DNA of 64,000 bases from Vitrella brassicaformis CCMP3155 (GCA_001179505.1 CDMY01000248.1:85303-149302), one strand, 5' to 3'; counted from the first letter of the stretch, positions 1-13,291 are shown. The notes: generated from the letters alone by a model not told the origin. Numbers and translations are program-made.

Positions 1-396
1 CCTCGTGACGTTTTGACTGCGTGTGCTTGAAATCCGCCACGATGTGCTTCTTGGTGGTGGCCAGCACGTGACCACACGAAGAAGAACGTCGAGGTCTGCT
101 TCAAGGAGATGCAGAGTGTTGTGCAGCAGTGGCTGCAGCGGCCGGACGTGTGTGCACTCAGCCGGACGACTTGCGGTCCATCTGACTGTCTGACTCAGCT
201 CCATGCGTTTCCTAAAGTGTGCACCTCCGATTCATGAGTGAATGATTCATGGAAGAGGTTCGTGTGCAATTCTAGTGTTCGTGTGTCCACTGAGAGGCCG
301 GCATCACTGGTGGTGGTTAAGGGTAGGATTATCCGTACAATTTTTGAGGGTGAGCTGTGAGCGTTGTCGTCCTTCGGCCAAGCCAAGCAGGGTGAG

Positions 397-3300
397 ATGT
401 CGGCATACATTCGCGAGAACCGCATAAGTTTCGTCGAGAGTCTCGTGACGGCGTCGGCCGAGAAACTTATGCGGTAAGTCCGCCGGGGCCAATTGGCCGG
501 GGCATATGGCTCGTGGTGGCGTTGTGCACAACCTGTTGCGTTGGTCTGCCTGACACGATATTTGACGATTCGGGTATGTACGCTTGGTGCGGAGGGAGAT
601 GAGATGCGGGTCTCTTGTGGTGTGTACAGATGTATGCGTGTGTGCCCTCAGCGGGGTTGCGTGAGCTGACGGTTCGACTTTCGACCGCATCCCCTGCGGA
701 GCAACGAGCCTTCATCCTCGACCTCTTCACCCGGGTGGCGGACATGTCGACTCAGCAGCAGCACCGAGCCAAGGCCGCCGTTCAGCTCGGCTCGATCATC
801 GAGAATCACTTGTGCTCCGAGGTCGTGGATGAGGTGTTCGACGAGCAGGCCAGCACAGGGTCGCTGCACCACTTCCTCAGCTCAGTCCTGGCCCTCCTCC
901 CACCCCCACCGCACGGCAGCGAGACCGACACGAGCTGGCCCCAGCACTTCAGCGCCACTTGCTTCGTGGCGTGTGCGGCGCTCAGGAGTGCCAACGCACA
1001 GAAGGGGCCCAGCGTGCGGGGCCTTCACGCCCACCTGCTGACCCACAGCCGCGATGCACTGGACCTCATCGAAGAGGCCACTTCGAGCAGGTAGGTCGGC
1101 CCTGCCAGACCACACACACAGCAGTCACAGCGTCACTTCTTTGGTTGACTGCAGTGAAGCGATGGTGCGTTCCGTCGCGGTTCAGGTCCTGCAAGCGTTT
1201 GTGCAGGACCTGGAGCCAGCTGCAGGTCTAGTGTCGCTGCGGCTGTCGGGCTTCTACCACTTGTCGCAGTGCATCTTCGGGGCGCTTGAGAACGGACTCA
1301 GCCTCCCCTTGCGGATGCACATGCTGATGGTGCACTGCGGCGCGGTGGAGCCCTACATCAAGTGTGTACTTGGCACAGGTGCGTGTCTCGTGCCCAATCA
1401 CACTCTCACCCATGTGTCTGCCTGCCTGGGTCCATGTGCGTCTGACGGCCTATGTCATGGATGTATGCAGAGCCGACCAGCGAGGCCGTCCATGCGGTGC
1501 TGCGTGCACTCCAGAAGCACTGCTTCCCCCATGTGGCGACCCTCGTCAACACGGCGCTCTCCAGCACGGCCCCAGCTACCACTCAGTGGGCCGCGTGGAT
1601 GATCCTAGGATGCATCAGCATATACGTCTACATGCTGCTGACGGCCGGATGCGCCTCTCCAGGTCGGTACCTAGTTCAGGACAAACTCATGGCAGGCATC
1701 ATTGCACAATGTTGTGTGCGTACGTGCAGACGTGCAATCGAGTGTGCTCGAGGCCTGTGGGCCCTTTGTCGACGAGGTGACGCAACCGGCCTTCCTCGGC
1801 GCCGTGGTGAAGGCCCTCAACAGCCGCAGTAACCGCGTTTCCGGATTCAGCCAGAACCTACAGCTCACTTTGGTGACCAATATTCCCCTCCTGTCATTCT
1901 GTGCTGTCGGTAAGCTGCACGAACCACTCCCAAAGACCAGCTGCCCACCGATCTGTCTTTCTTTGTGTGTGCCTGCAGACAAGGCCGGTGTCATCGAGTC
2001 GGGTTTGTCTGCGGCATTGGCAGCTCTCATGACCGACGACGGCGTCATGCGAGATTCGCACGGCCCGTTGGCGGCTTTGCATCTGACGGCTGCCGCAGTA
2101 GGAGTCGTGGACCACTGGCCGAAGGTGGGCTAGCGCATGAGTGGCAGCTGAGGCGATAACCTGTCTGTATGTCGTTGGTTTGTCCTGTCAGGTTGCCGCT
2201 GCCGAGGGGTTCGCGACTGCCGTGTGCAGAATGCTGCTCGGGCTGCTGAGAGGCCGCCGCGATCCCGGTGATGACACGATCGAGGGTGACGTGGTCAACA
2301 ACGTATGTAAGACTCTGAAGCGCCTTGTCAGGTGTGTCAAGTGACCCACCATCTATGTCGCCGATGTGTCTGTCCATCCATCTGTATCGTGCCTGCCTCT
2401 GTGCAGCTATGGCGACGATGTGATGGAGCGTAGAGGCGAGACGCAGAACCACATCGCACGACAGATTCTCCAGGTCAGTCAGTAAGACAAGTTTGCCATA
2501 CTATCGTGGATGGCTTTCTTCTCCTTGTGATGTGTCCAGGAGGGCTCTGTCAAGACGATGCGCGACGAGAACACCGCAAAACGACTCAACGTGCCCAAGC
2601 AGGTCGCACACACAAACGCTGATACACATGCGACCGCTGCTCACTTTGGCTGCTTGTCATGCAGATCTTGGACTTGTTTGACCGCATCGAGAAGGCGGAG
2701 ACCGACCGGTATGAGAAGGCCATAGAGGCCGAGTTCGACGACACTCCTTCGACCGCCCCCACCCCAGCCAACACCGCCGCCACCACCAAGAAGGGCAAGA
2801 AGGCCGGCAGCAAGAAGAAGAAGGGCAAGGGCAAGGGCAAGACCAGGCCAGGAGGGGCCAACACTTCGTCGGGTCTGTCGCCAGTCGCACCCGTCGACCA
2901 CGATGGGTACGCAGGCAGCGAGGGGAGGGAGGGAGGCAGCCGCCCGGCACACGCACTGCATGACATGTGTCATGACGTGTGTGTCTTGTCCACTCAGCTG
3001 TGATGCGTCTGAGCGTGTAGAGACCGTGGCGGCAAAGGAGGAAACGTCCGAGGGCGAGCACCCGGCAAAATCGACACCCGACAAAAGCGACGGGTATAGA
3101 GGGGCGGCTACACACGATGGATACGGCACGAACCGAGATTCCCCCAGTGCCATTCCCTGACCTGTCTGTCTGTCTGTCTGCCCTTCCCTCGTTCAGGCAG
3201 CCGAGCGTGCCGTCAACTGTTGTGTGTGCTGAGGGCATCGACGACGATGACCAGTTCATCACTGTCACACACAGAAAGAAGGCCAACAAGACCAAGACAC

Positions 3301-4822
3301 CCACGCAGCAGCAGCAGCAGCAGCTCTTCGCTCCTAGTGCGTCCTCTCCGTCGTCGGCCAGCCGTCCCTCTCCACCGCTGCTCAGTGTCCCCAAGGGCAC
3401 CAACCGGTCTGCGGCACGGATATCCGTCAACCTACCACCATACAAACCCAATGCTGCTGCTTCTGGGTGAGAAGGGATGCACCCACGGCGGTGGTGGGAT
3501 TGCAGGGTGTCACTGGTGCTCTCGTTTGTCAGGTCTATGTCTGGTTCGTATCGATGTGGTGCCGGCCATGAGGGGAGTTCGAGTGCGTCGGCGGCCGGTG
3601 CGTCGCTGTCTGACATAATGACGACGGCCACATCGACCAAACAGCACAGGTCAGAAGGGCAGCAGGACAACAGGAGCCGCGCACACTCATTTGCTCGCTG
3701 TGTGTCTGCCCTGATTGATATCAGTCGCGTGCCGTCTTTCGAGACTCTGCCGTCCCGCCGCTTCGGCGACCCGTTCCCTCCTTTGCTGCCTACCCACCAC
3801 GCCCCAGAGGACAATGATGACACGATCTCCCTGCCGCCCCGGCCATCACACCCACCGCCTCGCCACACACACGGCAACCAGAGCCCCCATACCGCCCTTC
3901 CTGCTGCTGGTGGTGGTGCAGCCTCATTGGCCAGTCCACTTTACGGCAATGGGTCGCCGGCTGCGGGGCCATTCCCTGTCGCTGTTGATGGTGACGTCGG
4001 GTATGGTGACGTCGGGTCACCCCTCCCGCCCGCGATATTTCCAATGTTCGACTCGGACGAGAACGACACGGCAGCACCACCGCACCCACAGACACACCCA
4101 GCCGGCGACAGCGACATCAGCAGTGGGGGCGCCTATCAGGGCGACAGGTGAGGAGAGAGACACCTAGGACACATAGAGCATTGTCTGTGTTGTCATGTCA
4201 TGCGATTGACTTCCGTCAGTGGGTCGAGTTCGTTCCGTGACCTTCAGCTGCGGCTCGAGTGGGAGATGGAGGCAATGCGGCAGCGACAGGAGCGCGAAAT
4301 GGACGAAATGCGACAAAGGTAGGCCATGCTCACGCAACGACAAGGTGGATGAGACGTCATGTGTCTACTTGGTCTCTTGATTGGTGTGGTGTCAGGCTGG
4401 CGGCTCTGAGCGCCGGTCACCAGCAGCAGCAGCAGCCCTCGTCCAGCAGCACATCGGTCCCGCCCCCTCCCACACAGCACCCGCAGCACCAGCACCAGGG
4501 TGGCGAGTGCAGCGTGTGCGCGCCCGCGTCGGTGATGTACATGCCCTGCCGACACCTCCGGGTGTGCCCCAAGTGCTACGACGACAACAAGGCCAGGGTG
4601 GCGCGTGAACTGACCAAAGTGAGGGCCGAGAACGACCGGCGCAAACGGGAGAATGAGGAGCGCATAAGGCAGAATGAGGGCCGCGGCAAGAACAAGCAGC
4701 TGTCGATGGTGAAGCTGCTGGACGAGCCCCATTACGTGTGTGAGCACTGCAACGGCAGGGTGGAGTTCGGCGGATCGGTGGAGGAGGTCATGCAGTGGGT
4801 GGCCAACAACCCACTCACATGA
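397..4822 (+). CDS. Multi-exon protein: helical/ARM-like N-terminal region, Lys-rich and low-complexity middle, C-terminal C3HC4 RING-like finger (putative E3 ligase)
   Basis: In-frame exon blocks at 615-1090, 1158-1380, 1470-1665, 1760-1870, 1980-2105, 2659-2920, 3200-3465, 3600-4147 and 4256-4822 are flanked by GT/AG sites. The last exon encodes ECSVCAPASVMYMPCRHLRVCPKC (RING-type Cys/His spacing). The 5' end is unresolved because exon 1 phase does not join cleanly. Confidence 0.6.
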
Positions 4823-5472
4823 CCCAAAGACCGAAGTGGGTGGAGAAGTCAGTCTGTGTGTCGTTGGCGCGGTCGGTAGTGAGGGGAGAGATCTGACGAG
4901 AGGAAGGGAGGGATGACGGGCGAGTGTCTTCAAGTAGCTTTAGAGAGACGTGTGGGTCAAGATCCCATCGCCCACCACGTCTGTATATGTCTGTATTCGT
5001 GTGGCTCTCCATGTCGACGGGGGCTGGGAGGAGGGAGAGAGGGAGGTTTCCGAGTAGCTTTAGCGCGCAGTGGGCCAATCTATCGCTCAACGCGCTTCTC
5101 TATGGATTAATTAGCCGTATGTCTATCTGTATTTGTGTACCTGTCATGCGGCCGAGGGTCCGGTGGGTGCTTTAGCTGCATGTGCACGTTTAAGCCCGTG
5201 TCAGTGGCACGGTCTCTTATTGATGCCCGTGTGCTCGTGTGCGTGTTTGCGACGTGCCTGTGTGACCTGCCTTTATCGGACCGAGTGAGTGCTCGGCATG
5301 CGGGCACCCATACCCATGCGATGTGAATCGCCTGCCTTTGGATGGCTGGCTGGATGACAAATAGCATTCACTCACATGAATATGAACACTCAGATGTCTA
5401 TGTACACGCACACGCACACGAAAGGGGTCCGTCCACGCACACAGTCGGAAGATGAGTCACGGCATGCAGGTG

Positions 5473-5504
<32 letters not shown>

Positions 5505-5680
5505 GGTCACTGCGGTGCCCCACCGGCCAGGCGACCGACAGAGAAAGCAGCTAGCTACCCGGGCAATCCATCGACAACAAGGTAACACCCACCCCCACAC
5601 ACCAGCCCACCAATCCACCGTCCATCAGCCCACCCACCAGCTACAGCGCATCTCTGGCATCCCCCCCCGATAAGCTCCGC

Positions 5681-7320
5681 TCATATCATTCGGCTCAGGT
5701 CCTCCTCTGCACTGAGGTTGCAGCGCTGCATGTGCATGAGCCGCTCCATGCCTGCAGGGTGGGGGTGGTGCGGCGTCGTCCTGACCTTGAGGCGCTCCAC
5801 GCGCCCCCCTCCAGCACACAGACGGCGGTGGTGCACGTGGTGGTCGATGGTGGTGCTGGGGTTCTTGGTGGTGGTGGTGGGCAGGTGTCGGTGGGCCATA
5901 CCAGCGACCAGCCTGCATCCACACACACAATGGGTGAGGCCGACAAACAAATGAGTGCATGTGTCGAGGTGTGCTGTGCTGTGCTGTGCTGTGTTGGTTT
6001 GTGTTGTTACCTCTTGGCAATATCCCCGATGTAGACGGTGGCGAACTTAATGTGGTGTGGGTACGACGGGTTGCCCGTGGCCACGGCGTACACCTCCACA
6101 AGCGGCGGCGGGCAGGGGATTCCCTCCAGATGAGCCAGGTGGTTGGCGAGCTTCGCCTGCACACACACATACGACACAGCACCACAGTCCATGCCACAGT
6201 GAATTGGCCATCAATGCCCGTGTGTTGTGTGTCGTACCACGTCGGCGATGGGCGTTTGGCGCGGGAGCTTGATGGCAAAGGACGGGCTGAGGTTGATCAT
6301 GAGTGCGCACATGTCAAAGAGGGACTGGAGGGAGGGAACAAACCACACAGGCACAGAGACAGAGAGTCGGGATGTCATCTTTTCTCGGCTCGCCCTTCCC
6401 CTGCTGCAGCTGCACTGCCTTCTCACCATGTCGCCGCTGTTGCCCATCTTGGTGATGTCGTAGTTGCCGTGTGCCCTGTATCCCGGCCCCCAAGGTGGGT
6501 CGAAGTAAACCTGAATGATTCCACACACATGCACACACACACACACAGACATATCAGATGCTGAGCGGGCAGCATTTGTCCATCAAGTGCTGACCACATC
6601 GAACGCCGGCTTGCCGGGTTTTATCATCCCGCGGGCGATGATGTGGTCCTCCATCTTGTCAGTGCGGGCCAGGAAGCAGTCTTTGTAGATGTACACGTGG
6701 TCGTATCCTGCCCAAACACACACACACACACACACAAAGACACACACACACACACTGGTAAATGGTGTGGACGTCATTCAGGGCATGGACGGTGTTTGGT
6801 GCACACACCGTAGATGTGGTGGAGGTTGTGTATGGCGTTTTCGTAGTGCTCAGGGTTCTTCTCCGACCCCACCACCTCCAGGCCATTGGCGGCGAAGCCG
6901 ATGGCATTGCCCGCTGCACACACACAGACACAGACAGACAGACAGACAGAGGTGCTTCCATGTGTGTGTGCATGGGCCTCTCTGTCTGTGTAATGTGCGG
7001 TGTGTACCTCCGCCAGTGCATGCGTCGTATATGTAGGCGTCGGGGATGACGGATGCGATCGACTGGGCCGTGATGTTGGCGATATTCTCCTCGCTCACAC
7101 TATACCTGAGCGATGGGCAGGCACATCAAGGGAGGACCCAATCAATGGCCCGTGTCATCATGTAGGTGTGTGTGCTGTGTGTTGCTGTGGTGTGTCGGCC
7201 GTTCGCTTACTCCAACTCTTGTGTGCTCATGACAGCCCCCTTCTTGGCGAACATGGGGCCGCGATCCACCGTCACCACACGCAGGTATAGCTCCTGCTGC
7301 AACGCCCCACGAGCCGCCAT
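5681..7320 (-). CDS. TGS1: Trimethylguanosine synthase-like RNA cap guanine-N2 methyltransferase
   Basis: Spliced exons give YSVSEENIA...IYDACTGGAGNAIGFA (SAM-binding motif I), VYFDPPWGPGY (Tgs motif IV), FAIKLPR and KFATVYIGDI, in the order known for Tgs1 catalytic domains. Confidence 0.85.
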
Positions 7321-7443
7321 GATGGCCCTGGGGGCTATGTACGGCCTCGGCGGCTGAGGGCCACACACACAACACATACACAACAGACAGAGAGAGAGTG
7401 AGGGGAGGGAGGGTCACGAGAGGCGCGGTTCGTCCTTTGGCAC

Positions 7444-9020
7444 TTACTGGCGTTGGCGACCTGACCGCAGAGGCGTGGAACTCACTCGAGGTGTGCCGGT
7501 GGTCTCGGCGGGAAGCCTCACGCTTGGCCGATGCTCGCACAGGAGACAAACGGCTGAACACAAAGGTAGCACACCAACCACAGAAACCAATCTGATGTAA
7601 GTGAAATGATATGTATGGCCCCTTTCACCCATCCATCCATCCATCCACCTGTGTGTCGGTGCTTTCGCTTCCTCGGCCTTCTGGTCACCCTCTTCCGCCC
7701 CCCGTGCCCCCTCCCTCCCCTCCCCCGACACCCTCGTGGGGCCCCTATCAACGGTGGCCCCCTCTCCCTTAGTGCCGCGGACCCACTCGCCCTCATACTG
7801 GGCGGTCACACGGGCGGCCTCACCCCCTGCCGACCCGCAGCAGCTGCCCTCCCACTGCCCCTCATAGGGCGAGCCGTCCGACACGGCACTCCACCGCAGC
7901 GTCGGGAGGCTGCTGGGGCAGAATGGAACCGTGACGTGGCCGTGCAGGCTCTCGGTCACCGCCTCGTCGGAGTGGTTGAAACTCTCCTTGCCTCCTTTCT
8001 CCCTGTCGCTGCCTGCATGCAATGTGTGTGGCACATGAGCATGGTCGACGGTGGGTGTGTACGTTCCTTTGTCGGTTTTTGTGTGACGTACTCGGCTGGA
8101 TCATGGTGCCGCTATCGTAGAGGTTGCTCGCCAACACAAACACGCCCTCGACCTCGACCTTGGTGCCGCGGACCCACTCGCCCTCATACTTGGATGTCGC
8201 ACGGGCGGCCTCACCCCGTGCCGACCCGCAGCAGCTGCCCTCCCACTGCCCCTCATAGGGCGAGCCGTCAGACACGGCAGTCCACTTCAGCGTTGGGAGC
8301 TTGCCTGGCAGCAATGGCACTGTGGCGTGGCTCTCGGTTGAAGCCTTATCGGCGTGACTGAAACTCTCCTTGCCTGAGTGGCAAATGAGAATGGTGGCTG
8401 GTGGGTGGATGTCTACATTCCTTCGTCGGATTTTGTGCGACGTACTTGGCTGGATCATGATGCTATCGTAGAAGTTGCCCGCGAACACAGACACACCATC
8501 GGCCGTCCTGGTGCCTGGCATATCGACAAGTGCAGTAAGGCAGCACAGCAACCACGACACAATGACACATGAGGGCGGTGTGCTCGTGGTTGTCGGTCGC
8601 TTACGATTGTGGTGGATCACAGTGCAGTCAGCCAGCAGGTGGTCGGCTTCAATAAAGGCCGCGGGGGTGTACGCCTTGGGCACCAACGACACGACTAACT
8701 CGTCCATAATGGAGGTCGGGGCCTCCTGGACGCACTGCAGGCCACACACAGACAGACAGAATGGATGGAGTGGGCACGTGATGAGATACATGGGTCGGTG
8801 GGCGGGGCGGGCTGTTGGTGGGTGCGTTGGTGCGTCGGTGCCCGCAGACGTACCTCTGATGTGCAGTTGCTCTCGTAACGCCCGCACCATCCTACGAACC
8901 ACCTCCACACACGCCTGCATGTCAGACAGCAGCACGACAGCATTCCATTGAGGATGGACAGACAGATGAGAATGGACCGCACCCGCCGCATTCTTCCCTC
9001 ACTCACGTCAGACGATCCAT
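7444..9020 (-). CDS. MORN-repeat-containing protein with an internally duplicated exon-intron-exon module
   Basis: YEGQW...YEGEW motifs 23 aa apart (MORN period) occur twice. GT-AG introns can be placed at consistent phases from the ATG at 9020. The 3' end is approximate. Confidence 0.55.
7787..8500. repeat. Tandem internal duplication, unit about 370-380 bp (about 7787-8140 versus 8170-8500)
   Basis: Near-identical strings ccactcgccctcatac...gccgacccgcagcagctgccctcccactgcccctcatagggcgagccgtc...gaaactctccttgcct occur twice, as does cgtact(c/t)ggctggatcatg. Confidence 0.9.
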
Positions 9021-9536
9021 CCTCCCTCTCCCTAGCTGGCCGATGAGATATCTACTAGGCCTGCAGCAAGCACGCCTGCGACTCGCCTGCGGCACACACG
9101 CAGAGCATCATATCATGGTCCAGAGGCAAATGCACTGATTTTTGCCATCGTTCTCGGTGTCCTCTTCGCCCCATTGTGTGTGCCCTCCCTTGCATGATAG
9201 CTATTGCATGCGTACCTTTCGGCCTCGGCGCTCTTTGCCCTCTCTCCCCTCTCCCTCTGCCCTGCTGTGGGGGGCAGTTCTGTGGTCGGCAGTTCTGTCG
9301 TCGACGAGAACGGCCTTGGAGAGCACACACTGTTGCTGTTTTTTGTGACTTTATTCGCCTTTAAGCGAATGTGACGGAGCCCTCGAGCTGCCTTGACGAA
9401 AGGACGTCTTTGACACCAGAGCTCCACTGCAAGATCAAAAGGCGATTAGGGTCAGCAGCGGTTTCATGGCATTTCCCAACAACGGCAGTTAGTTGCAGCA
9501 GTTTGTAACATCCCGCGGTCCAGTCGCTCTGCCTCT

Positions 9537-10195
9537 ATGCTCCGTCATTGCAAGCAAGACAGTTCGGCACCTTTCCCTTTCAAATTCCCTGTCAGCAGCG
9601 GGCGCCTCCTCTTCAGCCTCCTCCTCCTATCCCTCCTGCTGCTGCTGCATTCCTCCCGCATCGACTCAAGCCAGAGGCACAAGGACGGCCACAATGACCA
9701 CAGGAAACTCACCTCGCCAGCGATGGCACTGCAGCAGGCGGCAGAACGGGAGAATGATACCGCATCTGAGCTGGAATCCGACATTGCTGCATCGGACTCG
9801 CCGCCAGAGGAGTTGCGGCAGCCCAAGTTTGACTTTGCCTCGAGTGAGCTGAAGCTGAACCTCCTGAATCTGCTGGGGCCGCTCAAGACGGAGCTGGAGG
9901 CGAGGGAAGCCGACAACAATACCAAGTCCAAGTGCCAAGGTCCTCGAGGGGGGCTATGCGAGGCGGCACAGTGGCATTTGCAATGCGTTCGTGTTGTTAT
10001 CGTGTTGTTTGCAGTGGTCGGTGGCGTGCGTGAGTCGTCCAAGTGGATGATGGATGAGTGTCCCCGCATGAAGGGCGGCGGCCTGCAGCTCGACGGAGAC
10101 ACACTCGTCTTTGTCCCTGTGCTCGTCTCAGACGGATGGTGAGAACATGACAGCCGCATTGGTTAAACAAACTTTGTCCGCCAGCGCGTATTCCT

Positions 10196-10229
<34 letters not shown>

Positions 10230-11309
10230 CCTTCCTGCAGGGGCAATCTGCTGGGCCCGTATTGGCAGGCGAGGGCAATGGCACATCTTATGGGCGTCAA
10301 CTTCAAGATGGTCTACGGCGCCTGGGACAGCGGCTGGAACGCTCTCGTGTCGGTCCTCTCCTGGCTCATGCAGCAACCGTCCTACTTCCACAACTGGCAG
10401 AGAGGCCCACTCACTGCCGACGACACATGGCTCAACGACCTGCCTAGGGAAGTACACTTCCACACATGTACCCGCAATGTCACTCAGTTCCTGGTGGCGT
10501 GCAAGGGCTGCAGCAACTGGAAGCACTCCCACGGCTGCCGTGGAGGCTGGCAGTGGATATGACCCATCATCCGGCAGGAGTCGCTGCAGACCTTTAGTGC
10601 ATGGCGGGAGAAGCGGGGCCTCAGGTCGCCGACGGCCGGCTGGGGCGAGCAGGATGTGGCTGTCCACTTTCGGTGCTCCAAGGACACCCTGCTGGACAAC
10701 CCCTACTACGGCCCCATAGCTTTTTCCTTCTACGACGCCATCCCGCCATCCACCGCCCCGCGGACAATTAACATTGTAGCCAACATCAAGCCTTCAGCAA
10801 ATCTGACGGCCGTCATGAAGGACCGCATGCAGCACATGGCCCCCGATGCCAGCGATGCCGAGCAAACTGTTGCCGTCATCACCAAGGCGGAAGCGGCGTC
10901 GGCTGCTCAGCGCCCGATGGACAGGTTCGACAGAGAGCTCGACTCCGACTGCCACACCATCCTGAGAGAGCTGAAGGCGCATTTGGAGAACCGCCTCTCT
11001 GCCGAGGGCTCACAGGTGGAGATAGTGGGTGGCGAGGTGTGGGAGGACTTCATGCGGCTGGTCGAGGCGCCCATCCTGCTAATGGGCGTCAGCTCCTTCG
11101 CCATGATGGCTGCCGTCCTCAACAGGGGGGTCGTGCTCATGCCTGGGGGCACCGTGGACGGGCCGGAGGTTATGGCTGAGGCGTATGATGGATCGCGGAT
11201 GACGTGGTATGTCTCCAAGGCGCCCGTCATGACGCCCAGCGTTGCCAAGGCGGCGAACCTGACACTGGATGACATGCCGGCGATTCTCAAGTGGCTAAGG
11301 GAACACTGA
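9537..11309 (+). pseudogene. Type II membrane glycosyltransferase-like gene (fucosyltransferase-like HxR motif) interrupted by an in-frame TGA at 10560-10562
   Basis: Signal anchor LLFSLLLLSLLLLL, then DGW|GNLLGPYWQARAMA and DVAVHFRCSKD. ORFs 10278-10562 and 10656-11309 are in the same frame, and the bases after the TGA read on without a stop (PIIRQESLQTF...). Pseudogene status is inferred; recoding or a sequencing error is possible. Confidence 0.55.
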
Positions 11310-11784
11310 ATACGTGCGTGCATGTGTCTGTCTGTATGCGATGCGTGTGGGGAGCAGTGAGAATGCAAACATACATTTCCTGCAGTTAATGCATTTCACG
11401 TGGACACGTGAGTGGGTGCCTGCGTCCTTGTAAATGGATCGGATCAAACAACTTTTCACGCACACACACATATGAGAGAACACTCGTCTGCTGTCCGCTG
11501 TGCTCATCCCACAAGAGCCTATCGTCTCTCTCGGGCACTCAGCCACATCTCTCCATTTCCTTGATCCGTCTCAACACATTCAGCGTCGACTGCCCTCTCA
11601 CCATCAGGGCCTCAGCCCGCTCGCTCAGGCAATAGTCAGAGCCCTCGGGGACATCCCGCTGTGTCGATGCAGCAGGAGACGGGCGCTTCTTGGGAGTGGA
11701 CTTGCCGCTAGATTGCTCTGGCACACACACGTACACACACATACACAAACGTAGAGAGACGTCCAGGCCTGTGCACAAATGTGG

Positions 11785-13291
11785 TCATGTCTCTTCTTTA
11801 CTTTGGATCAGCTCGTGCGCAGCGCTGTCTCTGTCAAGATTTGGCGCCTCTGGGAGAGGCGGCGCGAGCAGCAGCACATCAGGCAGGTCGAATAAGACCA
11901 CGGCCTGCTCCATGCTCAGGAGCCGCAAGTGCTTGAGCGATACCAGCCCTCCCCTGTCTCTCTCCTCGGCCCCCCTCTCCTCCCCCTCCCCCAGGAGTAT
12001 CTCCAGCTGCCGCCGGCCGAGGATGCTCTCATCAAGCATCGTGACGATCCCTCGGGAAAGCAGCCTGAGACGGATGGTGGCCAGCGGGCTGTGCGATGAT
12101 GCCCTGGTGCTCCCTGTGCCCTCATCCATTTCCCTTTTCCCCCTCCGAATGGTGCAGGAGGGGAACGGGGTCGACGGCTGTGTTCCAGCTTCCCGCGCTG
12201 GAATGAATGACCGGGACAGCTCTCGCTGGAAGGTGACGAAGTGGTTGAACAGGGTCTCGCCTTCGACGCAGTGAGCGATACGGCCGCCTCGCGAGCCTTT
12301 CACCGCTTCCTTCAAGTCCTCGATGTCAAATGAATACTTGCTTCTAAGGGCGATCACGTATGCAGGCATCTCTCTCTCCGGCGAAAGCAGCGGGGTCAGT
12401 CCTTTGAGCAGCTGCGATGCGAGGGCGACATTCCACTGGTAGGCTCCAGTCAGCACACCGATGAGGTCGGCGGCATCCCAGCCCCGGTTTCTGTGGGTGT
12501 CTCCCTCCTTCAGCCCCCGCAGGCATGCTGATCGGAACACCAGCTCCACTGTGTCGGAGATGAGCCAATCCTCCCCGGCTTGTGTGAGGTGGAGACAGCC
12601 GATGAGATGGCCTAGGTAGACGCCGTCGGTGCAGAGGCCAGTGAGGACAGGCAGCAGATATGTGGAGAAGAGAACGGTGCGCTTGGGGGGAAGGGCTGGT
12701 GGGGGCGGGTAGGCTCGACGTGGCGGTTTGTTCCTCTGGTGGAGGTCCAGCAGCACTGAAATCAAACAAGAAAGAAAGAAAGATGCGGCCAGCTGCGGAT
12801 TTGCTGGTCTCTTCTTGCTTACGTGTGGTGAAGAGGGCCACTTCTGCCGGCTCGAAGTCGCACCATCTCAGCGCCTTGAGGAGCAGCGTTTTTCTCATCA
12901 GTGGTGGCGTTGAATGAAATATCTCGGCCAGCACGTCTGGCTGCGGCTTGACGATATCCAACAGCTGTTGGATCTGCCTGTCACCCCATCCCTCCGCATG
13001 CAGGACAAACGCCAGCCGCAGGGCCTTCTCAACATGAGCTTGGGGAGTGCTGTCGTCTCGCTCCCGCAACGTATCCACCAGCCACTGAGTTTCAAAGATC
13101 ATGCCCACAGAGACAAGCGTGCACAGCGTGAGCAGCCTTCTGTGCCTGCCGCATACTTGGGTCACAGAAGGGTCATCAGGAGGCCAGCGGCCTGTTCGCT
13201 GCCACGTCTGCAGCGTCTTGACAGTCTCCGAGAGCACGGACGACCGCCTGAAGATGCTGCCCAGAATCGTGCTGGTCGCCTTCCCCTCCAT
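11785..13291 (-). CDS. Hypothetical helical protein (2-3 exons)
   Basis: ORFs 12344-13432 and 11785-12765 join through an intron beginning gtaagc and ending gatttcag near 12830-12750. No recognisable motif; start codon uncertain. Confidence 0.6.

Noticed and set aside
1-190. Possible exon fragment at the window start
   Set aside because: Frame and strand could not be fixed, and there is no motif.
11310-11700. SECIS element for the TGA at 10560
   Set aside because: No convincing AUGA...AA...GA kink-turn stem was seen by eye; needs SECISearch.
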